Shown piece by piece: positions 26,787-40,922 of a stretch of DNA of 64,000 nucleotides (positions are counted from its first letter, which is position 1; each line of letters opens with the position of its first letter). Below the pieces are notes generated by a model that saw only the letters and a list, made by a program, of their open reading frames with translations, was not told the DNA's origin and ran no database searches. Source of the stretch: Octopus vulgaris (taxonomy: Eukaryota); assembly GCA_951406725.2 (NCBI GenBank), contig OX597817.1, forward strand, positions 46,004,001 to 46,068,000, given 5' to 3'. A program made the position numbers and the translations under genes.

Positions 26787-26854
26787 TTTCCTTGTTGTAC
26801 GCAGTGTAAAACTGAATATAGAGGCGGTTGTTGAAAGAATATGCATTGACATGC

Positions 26855-27068
26855 GGCTGTGAGCTGGCAGAGTCATTAGCACTCTGGGTAAATTACTTAA
26901 CGGCATTTCATCTGTTTTTACATTTTGAGTTCAAATTACGCCGAGGCTGACGTTGCCCTTCATCATTTCGAAGTCCATAAGATAAAAGCTCGTTAAACAG
27001 TGGGGTCGATGTAATCGAATTAACCCCTCCCCCAAAACTGCTGGCCTTGTGCCAAAATTTCAAACCAA
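26855..27068 (+). mobile_element. SINE family A (diverged)
   Basis: GGCTGTGAGCTGGCAGAGTCATTAGC...GAGTTCAAATTACGCCGAGG...GGGGTCGATGTAATCGA. Confidence 0.8.
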
Positions 27069-28457
27069 TATATATTCGAATTTATCTTCTTTTTGTTAAG
27101 AAGTCTATATTTATCTAAATCCTATTCATCTGCGAATACACATCTTAGATATATTTATGAATAACTTCGCGTGTTTCAGCGACATGTCTATGTGTATGTA
27201 TATAAATACGTGAAAATAAGCATGTATGTTGATACGTGTATATCTGTGCGTATGTGTTTAAATGTGTGTGGATAGAAATTCAGTATTCGTGCAAGTCAGC
27301 ATAGCCAGAAAATCTTTCCTTTTCGAATGAATGCGCTTACATGATTTTGCCGGATAATTGTAACTATAAACCCTTTCTAGTTAATCCAATACAGCCTCTT
27401 AGAATCAGCTGTCATGTGTTCATCTTGTTTGTCCATGAAGTTGGATTAACCCAAAATTCTTTGAAATACAATAGATAAAGAATATCTTTCGTTACATTTC
27501 AACCTTCCACCTTTACTCTATGGCATGTTCAATAACATGATGCGATTCATCCGAACAACAGGGTTATAATATACTACGCTGGGTCAGGGGTGGTTTTCAT
27601 ATAATATTTTCATATAAAAGATATTTTCTGAGATATTACAATACATTCTATTAAAGATATGCTAAAAGAATGGCCACATTATGAATACTATATGTTGAAA
27701 ACCTGCCTCGTAATTTTATTCATAACCAGAATCATAGAAATGTCTGAAACACACTCGTTGGCATACGCATTCTAATCCATGCACATATTGTAACTATAGA
27801 ATCAAAACTTTTTTCAGTCATAAATAGATTTCAACATTCGAACACTTTATAATCAGCACACCGGTAAGATCATCCTATAATAACACTTCGGCTACACTCC
27901 AAAGTCTTCGACTATTTTGTATCCTGTATTTGACAAGGCCAAAGTTTCCCGAAATTTAATAGAAGCATTAAACATCTTACGGAAGATAATTCAATAACTT
28001 TGGTTTTATTTATAGGTAACACCTTACATACTTTGTTTAACTTCTATACTTACATAGATTAAGAGACAGAGACATACGGACTGACAAACAAACATACCAA
28101 GACAGAGAGTCAGAGACCTATTCTGTGTGTAGGTATATGCATGTATGTAAACATGTACAGACAGAAATATATTTATGAATACCGGGTATACTGTTTTCCC
28201 AAATCCGCCATCCAGCACACTTTTTCTCTCAATCTATATGCAGTTTGACTTCAAATCATACTGAACTCATTCGAGGCCTTCTTTCTCTTGGATTTACTAA
28301 AAAATGTACGAAACCATTGTGTATTGTGTTTTGTCAGAGAATGGGTGTTTGCACTCTTTGGACCATGACCCATATATGCTAAACGATAAGATCTTGCAAA
28401 AATTTCAACTTTTCGTTATACAGCAATTTGTGACACACATCAAGTCTTAAAAACAGT

Positions 28458-28542
<85 letters not shown>

Positions 28543-30059
28543 CTTCTTACAATTATCTCAGTTTCTTGTTTTTTTTTTACTTACAACCTTCCGTCGTAGT
28601 TGGGCAGTTTACTTCAAACATGTTTGTCTTTTATTCTCTACTTTGTATCTGTAATTGGACAACCAACTAACTAGTTCTTATATTTTTGTTACTGCTTCTA
28701 CGGCTTGTTAGAAGAGCATCGCGTACATCATAAATTATGTAATTACATATCTTTAAATTGCAAAGTAGCATAGTAACTAAGGTACTAATACCACCATATC
28801 TCTAAATGATAAACATGAAATGCAATACATTAAAATATATAGTACTTTTAGTTTGCGATAAAATACTTCATTATGCACTCAAGCAGAATATAATATCTCT
28901 TATTTGCCAACTACTAAAATTACCAATTGTCTTTTACTCAACGTAGAATGTTTTGCCATAAATTTTTCTGTTGTATTTTATCTTTTAATGTAATGATATC
29001 TAAATGATTCCTCCCTCCGAAATTACTTTTAAAGCATGTAATTATTCTTTCAAACATTGTTCTCTGTAATGATAACCATATATTATGCGTAATCAAAGAT
29101 ATCGTAGAGTTGAAAGAGAGCAATGCGATTTTATAGAAAATCGATGTGGATTGTTTACAATTGATTCACAATTGAAATAATTATATTTATTTTATGTCTT
29201 TTTGTTAAATAATGCATAGATTGAACAACTTTTGAATATATTTTTACTGGTTTTATCAGTGCTAACATATATATATCACATTCTTCCATGCAGACAAACA
29301 AAGAATAGCGACTTGGCAAAACCGTTAGTGTTCCACTCACCAACTACTCCATCACCGCCGCTAATATAGGTTAGATTGTTGTGATAGCTAAGGAGTGGCT
29401 GAAATGGTTGAGTGTCTATGATGGGTATTTGGGTAAGCTACAATCCCTTTTAATATATTGCGGAAGCAAAGCTTGACCTTCAGGAATATTAAAATCTTAT
29501 AAATGAATGAAATTACTGTCTTTGTGTCCAAATTAATCATTTATTTATTACTCAAATGTGTTCCAATTTAATGCAAAATTTGATGTGAACCGTAAACGTG
29601 TGCATTAATAATGAGGACCACTAAAGTGATACCGTTCTATAATCCAAATATATACACACGTATAGAATATATACACGTGTAGTTTATGGGGAACTATGAA
29701 AATTAGAGCGTAGATAGTAAAAACATATCTGCAATCGTAAATTACAAACTGTTTATTGGTGGGAATGGCTTCTAATAATTACATGTGCCATAAATGTACT
29801 GTGGTATTCTCTACAGTAGAGGTTTCTTCTTTAATTATCTAGGTTTTGTCTCAGTCGCATCTAGAGGAAACATAAACAATACGTGTGTCATTTTGGAGAA
29901 GTCTACCCACAGAAAAAATCAGCTAATAAAACCATGTAAGCAAATATTCATAAAAGTAATACCTTCATGCACACATGCACATGCATATATGCTTGACGCG
30001 TGTGGACTCATTCTTGGGTGGTTGACTGTTCGTTGAACATTTATTCTACATCTTCATGT

Positions 30060-30323
30060 TGTTTGTTCCTTCTCGAGCCACGGCTGGCTCATAAGGGCCG
30101 GTTTCCCGGTTTCCTTGGCAGGTGAGCTTCAAGATGCCCAAGGAAAGAGTGAGAGAATGTAGTGATGAAAGAGTCAGCAGAAGTTCTCCATTACCTTCTG
30201 CCGGAACCATGTGGAGCTTAGGTGTTTCGCTCATAAACGCAGACATCACCCGGTTTGAGATTCGAAGCCACGATCCCTCGACCGCAAGTCCATTGCTCTA
30301 ATTACTAGGCCGTGTGCCTCCAC
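30060..30323 (-). mobile_element. SINE family B
   Basis: Near-identical organisation to 2555-2844. Confidence 0.85.
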
Positions 30324-30963
30324 GTACATCTTCACAACTTGTTCAAATACTGGCTATTATACTGAACACAAACTTTGAACGAAGTTGCATTCAAAGTCTT
30401 TGTAATATCATTCTATAACCTGAATTCTTGATGTAGAGAACTGCTTCACTAAATATGACTAGATGTGTGAGAATGTACAACAAAGACCAGTCGAAGAGGA
30501 ACGTCACTGAAAATAGTAGAGAGAATCGTATTGGTTTTCGTTACAGACGAAATCAACAATTTTAATTATATTTTTCTTTGAATTATAAATTCGGTAATGA
30601 TTTCTCTCCTGTAAAATGGCAAAAGCAAATAGCACTTAGAGGTAAAATATTTCAAAGAAAAACATTGACAAGTAGTATTTGTTGAGCACAAGAGCAGTGA
30701 TCATGGTTGAGAATTTATTCATCGATTCAGGATCATAAATAAAAATCTTCTTGAAATATTTCTACAGCACATAGATTTGTTTGCTCTCGGCTAAGATAAT
30801 TCCATATGTTATTTCAAATTTACTCGTTCTCTCACTATATTACTATCCTTAGCTATCCTTAATTATAACGGTAGCTAAAACATTAAAACACGGCAGTGAG
30901 AAGAATATATTAATACATGACAGACATGCATTTTAAAATGTTTCAAGACAACATATTTTTAAA

Positions 30964-31372
30964 AGAGCAGTTGTATACTGTCAATTTAATGTGACAGTCC
31001 CATGAAGGGAATCACACCCCTGCTATTTAGCCCTAGGAAGCATCAGCGATTCCTGTCGGCCTTGACACATTTCTTGTGTTATTTGTAATCAGTGGAATTA
31101 TTTCATTAGAATTCTTATGTTTACAAGACCTAGACAAGCATGTCCAGCTAGCAGACCATGCTACTCCAGACTGATGACGAGCAAGACTCAGAAACTAGTC
31201 TCTAGATGCAGACTTAGCTGGGTGGGGGTGCTTGTCATCCCCTTGTAAACATAAGGACACAGCAAATGTGTCAAGGCCGACAGGAAGCGTTGATGCTTCC
31301 AAGGGCTAAATAGCAATGGTGTGATACTCTTCATGGGACTGTCACATTAAGTTGACAGTATACAACTACTCT
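30964..31372 (+). mobile_element. 409-bp rod-like foldback element with a hammerhead at the hairpin tip
   Basis: 30964-31080 pairs with about 31256-31372; inner stems CTTATGTTTACAAG/CTTGTAAACATAAG, GACAAGCA/TGCTTGTC, CCAGCTA/TAGCTGG. Confidence 0.85.
31165..31206 (+). ncRNA. Minimal type I hammerhead ribozyme
   Basis: TCCAGA-CTGATGA-C GAG CAAGA CTC A-GAAA-CTAG-TC-TCTAGA; palindromic CTAG loop, GUC triplet. Confidence 0.82.
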
Positions 31373-32029
31373 ATCGTACCACTACTGTTTATATCTCTCT
31401 GAGATATTTAGAAATGTAATATTTCTATTTTTAAACGTCTCGGTTCAAGACAGACCATTCTTTTCTAAGATGGATGAAATGTCCATAGGTCCATAATCTT
31501 CATGTTGAGAGTGATAAGCGATATATACGGAGATATATGAAATAGATTAAGGGTATATAAATTTATCAAATAACCGCGTTTTATGTGTTTTCTCCACAAG
31601 TGTTAACATTAACCTGAAGACGCAATTACACAACGAAGAACAATAATAAATTCAATAATAGATGAAAGGAAAAAATACAATAATAAATACATTTTAGAAA
31701 GCAATTCTTAGGCTTCGATGATCTAGGCAAGTCTCGTTTATGCAACGACATTTATCATATTCCTACAAATGAAAACCTCCGTACTCAACAACCAATCTCT
31801 CGGAGTTGGTTACGTGAAAGGGACAAGAAAGTGGTGTTTACTTCCTGGGTTCACTTTTTTCCTTCATTATCATCCTGTGTATTCGACAATGAAGACGTTA
31901 ATTGAATATAAAATACGTAAAATACAACTGCCTAGACATACACACACATTTGTATATGCATATATACATATCTAAAATATTACATATGCAATGGTATATG
32001 TAGGAAGATATAAATGCATATGCAAATAC

Positions 32030-32082
<53 letters not shown>

Positions 32083-32399
32083 TGTGTGTGTGTGTGAGTG
32101 TGTGTGTGTGTATACATATATACATATGCAAATACATATGGAAATGCACCTGATTATAAATTAACATAATAAAACTCTTAAGCTATAGTTTTTAAAACCG
32201 AAACCAGACAGGTAATATAATAATTACAACTATAAGTCTTTAATAAAATAAAAATATGTACAATACAACTGCCTGGACACACACACACATTTGTGTATGC
32301 ATATATACATATCTAAAATATTACATACTCACGTATGCAATGGTATATGTAGGAAAAAATATATATACATATGCAAATACATACGTATGTGCATTTTTT

Positions 32400-32798
32400 T
32401 TACTACCCACAGGGGGCTAAACATAGTGCGGACAAACAAGGACAGACACACAGATTAAGTCGATTATATCGACCCAGCGCGTAACTGGTACTTATTTATC
32501 GACCCCGAAAGGATGAAAAGCAAAGTCGAGCTCGGCGGAATTTGAACTCAGAAGGTAACGACAGACGAAATACCTATTTCTTTAGTACCCACAAGGGGCT
32601 ACACACAGAGGGGACAAACAAGGACAGACACACGGATTAAGTCGATTATATCGACCGCAGCGCGTAACTGGTACTTATTTAATCAACCCCGAAAGTATGA
32701 AAGGCAAAGTCGACCTCGGCGGAATTTGAACGTAACGGCAGATGAAATACGGCTACACATTTCGCCCAGCGTGCTAACGTTCTGCCAGCTCGCCGCCC
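32400..32798 (-). mobile_element. SINE family A, dimer
   Basis: Two tandem units joined at GACGAAATACCTATTTC near 32570; ends GCCAGCTCGCCGCC. Confidence 0.9.
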
Positions 32799-33401
32799 TA
32801 TATACATATATACATGGTTACAGCAACCGATGTGTCCTAACTTTGAATGAAAGAGCTTTGTTTCGACTTTGGGAAATGTCTCTCTGCTGGAGATATTTTT
32901 AAAAACATAAACAGAACCAACACATACGCTCGTATATAATTTAAGCATCATAGCTAGCAGTAATGTAGTAAATATGAAGAGAAATAAACCGTCTTCTTTT
33001 GCCTCTAATCGATTACTATTCAGTGAAGTGGGAAGATATTTACTGATCTCCAGTAACTCTGATAACTGAATCAGTGGTGTGTTAGACGGCAGCCAGTCAC
33101 AATGTGACAGGCATGCAAACTCAGTCGTAATGTATTCATTCAATACAAATAACGATTTCGCTTAAGATGGACGAGTTCAGGAGACTGATCAAGAAAATAA
33201 TGACAATAATAAAACTTACAGACTGTCCAAGTGGAAACTTTAAACCAAACAACTTTGTAAGATTTTGATCTTAATTACGCTTCTACGCGTCTGAATTTAA
33301 ACCATGAAATCCGAATGTTGATAAGAGGATAGTTGTGGCAATGGAATCTTAACGTTACAATTGGAATACTAAAGATAAACTACGGCCTCACGCTCTAAAT
33401 G

Positions 33402-33819
33402 GGATCTTTTCGGTTTGAACGGCAGTTTTTAACATAATTTCTAGGTAACTAAAAAATTTTAAACTTCCTATACTGGTAGAATGTGTTTATAAAACATCTT
33501 TACCCTTGGCTTTATTGAGGAAATTCTATAGTTTGTAAAATATTTGTTGTTTTTTCTTCCATTTCTGCAATTCCAACGAATCAATGACGTCCATTGAGGT
33601 AAACAACATTCTATGCCGAATGAATATGTTCCTCGCTTAAAAACAGATTGGGTTTATTTACATTTGTGAAGAAAAAAAAGATACCTTTCCCCCCACCCCT
33701 AACCCTAACCCTAACCCTAAAACAGATTGAAATGCAATAGATCGATACTAGGGTCATAATTATGGGTGACAATTTCATATGACACCGCTAGAAAAAACTG
33801 CCGTTCAAACCGAAAAGAT
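33402..33819 (-). mobile_element. TTAGGG-containing MITE
   Basis: Same TIRs as 9423; (CCCTAA)4 at about 33697-33720. Confidence 0.85.
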
Positions 33820-34210
33820 GAATTTGAGGCAGAAATATCTGTACTTTACTGTCTACAGTGATCATACGTTGCCAGCTTTTCAATTGTATTTACCTGTTAA
33901 ACTATTTGTTTTTTTATACCTGGTTTCTAGATCCCAATATTAATACGGCTACAAAATTCTTGGAAACAAAAGCGCGTACACCTATATATCGCGTCATCTG
34001 TATATAATAACTTACTGTCGTTTTTAGAGAAAGAAGAGAAAGGTCACGTGTTATTACTAGATTTTCCAAAAATACCATCATCAAAATAAGGATCTATAAA
34101 AACAACCGAGGGTGTTGCACAAATCTTAGTATTGACTTCTACATTAATTGATCACATACATTTCAAAATATTGATTTAAAGTTTGTATTTCACGTAACGA
34201 AAACAATTTA

Positions 34211-34497
34211 TTGTTACAGAGGGCAAGAGCCATTCAGGCAAGGCAAATATCTCAAGACGTAAACACTATTATTATTGAAAACAAATCCAGTCTTACTGTT
34301 TCTGTGATATCCCCGAATATGGGAAATTCTGTCATCAGAGACAAGTAGGGAAAAATAGGGAAAATGAGAAAGGTATATATTCATAAGATGACGACATCAC
34401 AGAAACAGCTGTAAGACTGATTTTTTTCCCCAATAATAATATTGTATACGACTTGAGATGTTTGCCTTGCCTTAATGCTTGTTTTCCTCTTTAACAA
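34211..34497 (-). mobile_element. Foldback element with hammerhead
   Basis: 34211-34311 pairs imperfectly with 34393-34497. Confidence 0.75.
34290..34342 (-). ncRNA. Hammerhead motif (stem III loop partly deleted)
   Basis: Minus: GTCT-CTGATGA-[cagaATTTCCCatattcGGGGATATcaca]-GAAA-CAG-TA-AGAC; the inverted arm keeps the full GAAA-CAGCTG-TA-AGAC at 34402-34417. Confidence 0.65.
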
Positions 34498-34639
34498 ATA
34501 CATTTCCGCCGCATTGGAAATCTGCAATGGGTCCATAACTATTGTCTTGGCTATAAACTTGGAGGACTAAGAATTCGTTACAACACTTACCTAGGGCACC
34601 AAATCTTTTAGATTAGCTTTGAACTAAATCCCCATACTT

Positions 34640-34965
<326 letters not shown>

Positions 34966-35035
34966 TTTGAGCTGGTGCTGCTCAAGAGATCACATATATA
35001 TGGATATATACATATATAGATAGATGCATAGATAT

Positions 35036-35111
<76 letters not shown>

Positions 35112-35114
<3 letters not shown>

Positions 35115-35222
35115 CGACAGGCTTCTTTCTTTCAGTTTCCGTCTACCAAATCCAAGGTGCCACGCAGTAGAACTGAACCCGGATCAATGTGGTCGTGAAA
35201 CAAGCTTGTTACCCCACAGCCT
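35112..35222 (-). mobile_element. SINE family C fragment
   Basis: TTTCAGTTTCCGTCTACCAAATCC...GGTGCCACGCAGTAGAACTGAACCCGG. Confidence 0.7.
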
Positions 35223-35694
35223 CGGCACTAGTATCCAGTGAGTTGAAACAACCATGTAACTATTATTTATAGATCAAATATATAGGGACGGAATATTAAA
35301 TGTAAACACAAGGCATGCCATAACTGATGAGCAAAATATAATTAGTCGTCTGCTCCAGAGTTCCTAAACGTTGATTGATTTACGAAGTCCGAAAAATTAA
35401 TTTCTAAGTTTGGCAATTAGCCAACATGTTTATGGAAACGTTGTTTTTAATTATATTGACTTAAGTATATTATTGGTGCAGAGAGATAAAGCGTAAGGTC
35501 AAGCGTGACGAGAGTTGAACCGTAAACAAACAGAATCAGGGGTGGAAGAGAGGTGCATAATCTAATTTGCAAATGTGAAATTTCTGCGGAAATACATGAT
35601 CATGACTTTTGTACAATAGTATGTTCAAATTTTAAATAAAAAAATACAATACATTATACATATGCATGTATATATATACGTACGTATATATTTA

Positions 35695-36155
35695 AGGCGG
35701 CGAGCTGGCAGAAACGTTAGCGCGCAGAGCGAAATGCGTAGCCGTATTTCGTATGTCGTTACGTTCTGAGTTCAAATTCCGCCGAGGTCGACTTTGCCTT
35801 TCATCCTTTCGGGGTCGATAAATTAAGTACCTATTTCTTTACTACGCACAAGGGGCTCAACACAGAGAGGACAAACGGATTAAGTCGATTATATCGACCC
35901 CAGTGCGTAACTGGTACTTATTTAATCGACCCCGAAAGGATGAAAGGCAAAGTCGACCTCGGTGGAATTTGAACTCAGAACGTAACGGCAGACGATATCC
36001 GGCTACGCACTTCGCCCGGCATGCTAACATTTCTGCCAGCTCGCCGCCTCGATAAATTAAGTACCAGTTAAGCACTGGGGTCGATGTAATCGACTTAATC
36101 CCTATGTCTGTCCTTGTTTGTCCCCTCTGTGTTTAGCCCCTTGTGGGTAGTAAAA
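35695..36155. mobile_element. SINE family A copy with a second family A copy inserted in opposite orientation
   Basis: Plus copy 35695-35831 resumes at 36049; minus copy 35832-36048; 17-bp duplication TCGATAAATTAAGTACC at 35815-35831 and 36049-36065. Confidence 0.9.
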
Positions 36156-36634
36156 AAATATATATATACGTAACATACATATTTGTGTGTGTGCATTATA
36201 TGTATGTATAGGTATCTAATTATCTATCCATGTATTTATCTATTTATCTATCTACCTATATAATTTTCAGTGAAGATACGGTTTAAGAGTGATGAGATGT
36301 TATGAATTTAATATATATTTTTTTCACATTTAGCCTCAGAAGCGGGGTGAAAAATTCAAAGTGGGAGTAAAAGAAAGTTACGTTAATTCTACTTTCACTA
36401 AAGAGAGACAAACCACTTTCGATCTTTCTCCTGTAAACACAGAAGAAATATAATATACTCATGCACCTCTAACAGCAATTTAGTAATTTAGGTAAATTTA
36501 TTCCCATGTTTTAGAGTATTTGACTGTGATAAATATAATAATTATTCACAACATTCTGTACTTATGAAAAAATCACGTGACGGTTAAATGTACGATACAT
36601 GGCGTTTCCTTCATCAATATATACCTGTATAAGA

Positions 36635-36870
36635 GCAGCGAGCTGGCAGAAACGTGAGCATGCCGGGCGAAATGCCTAGCCGTATTTCGTCTGCCGTTAC
36701 GTTCCGAGTTCAAATTCCGCCGAGGTGGACTTTGCTTTTCATCCTTTCAGGGTGGATAAATTATGTACCAGTTACGCACTGGGGTCGATATAATCGACTT
36801 AATCCATTTGCCTGTCCTTTTCTGTCCTCTCTGTGTTTAGCCTCTTGTGGGTAGTAAAGAAATAGGTACT
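36635..36870 (+). mobile_element. SINE family A
   Basis: Full head-to-tail match, ends AAAGAAATAGGTA. Confidence 0.9.
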
Positions 36871-36982
36871 TCGATATATCTATATATATCCAGATATACA
36901 TATATGTAGGTATGTGTGTATATGTATCTATGTATTTATTTGTGTAAGTGTATGTATGCATAAGGCTATATATAATTTAATA

Positions 36983-37035
<53 letters not shown>

Positions 37036-37441
37036 TGTATAAACTCACACATGTACACAAATACATACATAGTGCATACATGTGCACACAAGTCATATAT
37101 ATATATAATTGTGCGTGTTATTGTGTATTTGCTAGGCTAGTATACTAGATGTTATTTCGATATATTGAAAACACGACTGAATTTCTAATTAACTAGGAGT
37201 GGTTCTTGCAACCAGACAAACAATTTTTTTCTTTTTTGATATTGGCAATATATATAAAGAGAATAATTTTAATAGAAAATCTTTTTTTTTTAATTCAACA
37301 TCCATACATAAAGACGTTAAGGCTATGTCAAAAATATTTTGAATAACCAAAATTATGATAATGCGTGCATGCTTCTTTAGATAATTTAGTTTGTATACAT
37401 ACAAACACACAGAAAGACACACACACATACACACACACACA

Positions 37442-37527
<86 letters not shown>

Positions 37528-37589
37528 CATGGAAATATACACTTACATATGTAAATGCATGCATATATATATATATGTATATTCAAGTA

Positions 37590-37745
37590 TATAAAAATAT
37601 ATCTTAGCGATTTTTTGTTCTTCTTGACGAAGAGTTTTGCTCGAAACGTTAAACTCTCTCCTTTCACGCAGCTGTCGTTCTTGTTACACGATGCTTTCCA
37701 TCCTTTAATTTTCTGTTCTTTTGTATTCTGTTTTCTTGTTAATAT
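37590..37745 (+). mobile_element. Family G short element with decayed hammerhead-like motif
   Basis: TTGACGA-A-GAGT-TTT-GCTC-GAAA-CG-TT-AAAC at 37624-37654. Confidence 0.55.
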
Positions 37746-37964
37746 ATAAATACCTACCAGTTGTTGCTCTCTCTTTGTTTACAAGTCTGCGTGTATGTAT
37801 ATTCTGTGTATCTAAGGCAAATAGTTTTATTTGTTTATTTATCTCCAAATCTGCTCACCTGGATTCTTCTTATAGCCACTCTTCACCGGGCAGAGATGCT
37901 CGTCGGTAAATATTTCAGATGGATAAGTTCAAATTATTTGAGTTATTAAGTGATTTACTCATTA

Positions 37965-38290
37965 TTCTTTTTACTATTTTAATTGTTTCAATCAAACGAC
38001 TGTGGCCATGCTGTAGCACCGCCTTTCGTCGAACAAATCGACCTTAAGACATATACTTTCTAAGTAGAACCAGCATCGGTTGTCAAGCGATGTTGGGGGG
38101 AACAAACACACACAAATACATGTATATATATATACGACGGGCTTCTGTCAGTTTCTGTATACCAAATCCACTCACAAGGCTTTGGTCGGTCCGAGGCTAT
38201 AGTAGAAGACACTTGCCCAAAGTTCCACGCAATGGGACTGAACCCGGAACCATGAGTTTGGTAAGCAAGCTACTTACTACACAGCCGCTG
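37965..38290 (-). mobile_element. SINE family C (CORE-like), internally deleted
   Basis: Reverse complement of the 48231-48640 consensus. Confidence 0.85.
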
Positions 38291-39866
38291 TTAAGCATGT
38301 TGAAAGTGCTGTTGATCCCTACCTCTGATACCAGAAACTAATGTCTCATCAGATGGCGAAGTAGCTCTGTAGGTATTTCCACTGCAACACCGGAGCCAGA
38401 AACCGTTGCAGGCGACAGCGCTCCCTCTCACCAGCACGTTCATCATTGCACGTGAGAAGCACCACATCGATGAGGAGTCTTACTGTTCAAGTTCATGCTG
38501 TCTCTTACTAACGCATGTCAGTGATGTATTAAATGATGAGTGAGAGATATTTCTGTATATCATAAGAAAACCATATTTAGGCTGTAGAGTTACGTACAAG
38601 GTTAAGTATGTCAGGTGCTCATGAAAGATCATCGGCGCTTACGGGTCGTAACTAATTTGATGATAACGTAATTGCATTGCTCATCAGTAAGCAGGTTACA
38701 ACATAAGGGTTTCTCTTTTGGTATATGTTGGTCATTCCTATGATTAATGATGCTCCGGCCATTAGTGACCTATTTCAATTCAGATATAATATATATTATA
38801 ATATTCAGTGCAATCTTCATTTCTCAAGAATTTGTCTTCTTCCCGTCTCGTTCTGTCTCATTCACTCACCTACACACACTTACTCTTTTAGCTAATATCT
38901 CTCTAATTCCACTTCACTTCTCTATCAACCTCCATTTCGCTCTCCCAGTTTCTCTTCCTCGATCTTCATATCTGTCTCTTTCTTTTTCTCTCTCTCTCTC
39001 TCTCCTCTCTTGCTGTGTCTCAGTCTGTCTTTATCTCTCACAAACACCTATATATACGTACGGTAAAATATGAGCCATTTCATCCTGGACAATAATTCAT
39101 TGCAGGACTGAAGAGAAATTATATTTCTAATTAAGTGTAATGCAGGCATTACATCTACTTTAAATTCCAGAGAAAACTAACATATCGAATAAGGCGATTT
39201 ATTAAACCTAATGAGGAACCGAAGATAAATACGTTTACGGCAACATGTAACAAGTCTTCATAACAATATATTAAATAGAGAGAGAAAGTAAGAAAGCTTA
39301 CGAGCATCTTACCAACATCCATAATCTGTGTATTTCGTTTGTTCTCGTTTACGCTAGATGTTCATTTATTGCTAGACTGAACTCTGTAGATTAGATTATC
39401 TAAACTTATTCCCTAGCTTATTGTCGACAGAGATAGGTTAAACGTGCGCATATTGCACGTTGCTTTTTATATGTACTACGTCTACAGGTATATCCACAAC
39501 GATAGACACACAGGCATGCGTTAGTGTAAATGTAGATACAAAGCATTTATCATCTCACACACACATACACACAAAATACACATACACACACATACATATA
39601 TGTATGCGTGTGTGAGTGTATATTTATATCTGTAAATGTGTATATATGATGTCTTGTTTGCAAGGCATCATATATACATATGCAAGTGTGTACGTCTTAA
39701 TAAATTTATACGCATATACATATGTACGTGTATAGGTCTGTGTATAGAAGGTGACAGAGAAAGACATGTAAGAAATGATATTTATGTAAATATTACACTC
39801 AGTAGCCATGCATTGTGTACCTATATACATTTTCGTTAATAAACAAGAACATGTCTATGTGTATAT

Positions 39867-39927
<61 letters not shown>

Positions 39928-40066
39928 CATATATATATACATACATACATACATATATATATATATACATACATATATATATACATATATATATACATAC
40001 ATACATATATATATGCATATATATATACATATATATATATATACATACATATATATACATGCATAC

Positions 40067-40137
<71 letters not shown>

Positions 40138-40273
40138 CATATATATATGTGTGTGTGTATCCCTTGCTTATATAATTCTATAATTCAAATATAAATTGTG
40201 CATGCGTTTCTTCGTCCATTCCGTCTTTTAATGTTTTCAGATTCATTTGTTTTTCGGTTTTATTCTTTCACGG

Positions 40274-40328
<55 letters not shown>

Positions 40329-40922
40329 TTTCTCTCTCCCTCTCCCCCCTCTCTCTCTCTCCTCATTTCTGTCATTTTTTTTCTTTCAACCTTTCGATAT
40401 TTACGTGTGTGTGAATGTGTGAGTCCCGGAATATTTCAACATTTGCGTATAATTTACTATAAGTGTTAGTGAATAATTTTATGTTCAGTGTACAAGATTA
40501 TGTGTGTTTATAAAATTCTGAATACGCCAGGGACTTATGTGAACAAGCAGCCGTCTATGAAATTAGATTTCGTGTCTAGAAGAAAGATTCACAATAGCTA
40601 TTCTAAATAAATATAATTACTGATTTTGTAAAAAAAAAAAAAATGGCTTCACACCAAATTCGTTGTCTAAACCTGACGTGAGAATCGATCTATGTACACT
40701 CGTGATTGTCTGATCCCTGTGTAAATAAATATTTACTCACAGAATACGTGGCATTATGCACAGGCATGCCCGCGCGGTCACACACGCACACACGCATAGA
40801 TATATATCTACACACGCATACGCACGCAAACACACATGTATATGTATCTATCTTACTTGCTATTAATATCTATCTATCAATATATTTATCTACCTATTTA
40901 TCTCTCTATATGTATATATATC

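Noticed and set aside
33697-33720. Telomere or chromosome-fusion scar
   Set aside because: The repeats are internal to a MITE present in three copies
35324-35356. CTGATGA-GCA...TGC motif
   Set aside because: Lacks GAAA and closing stems
39108-39135. CTGAAGA-GAAAT-TAT-ATTTC hairpin
   Set aside because: Followed by TAAT rather than GAAA and no stem I; plausible by chance in AT-rich DNA
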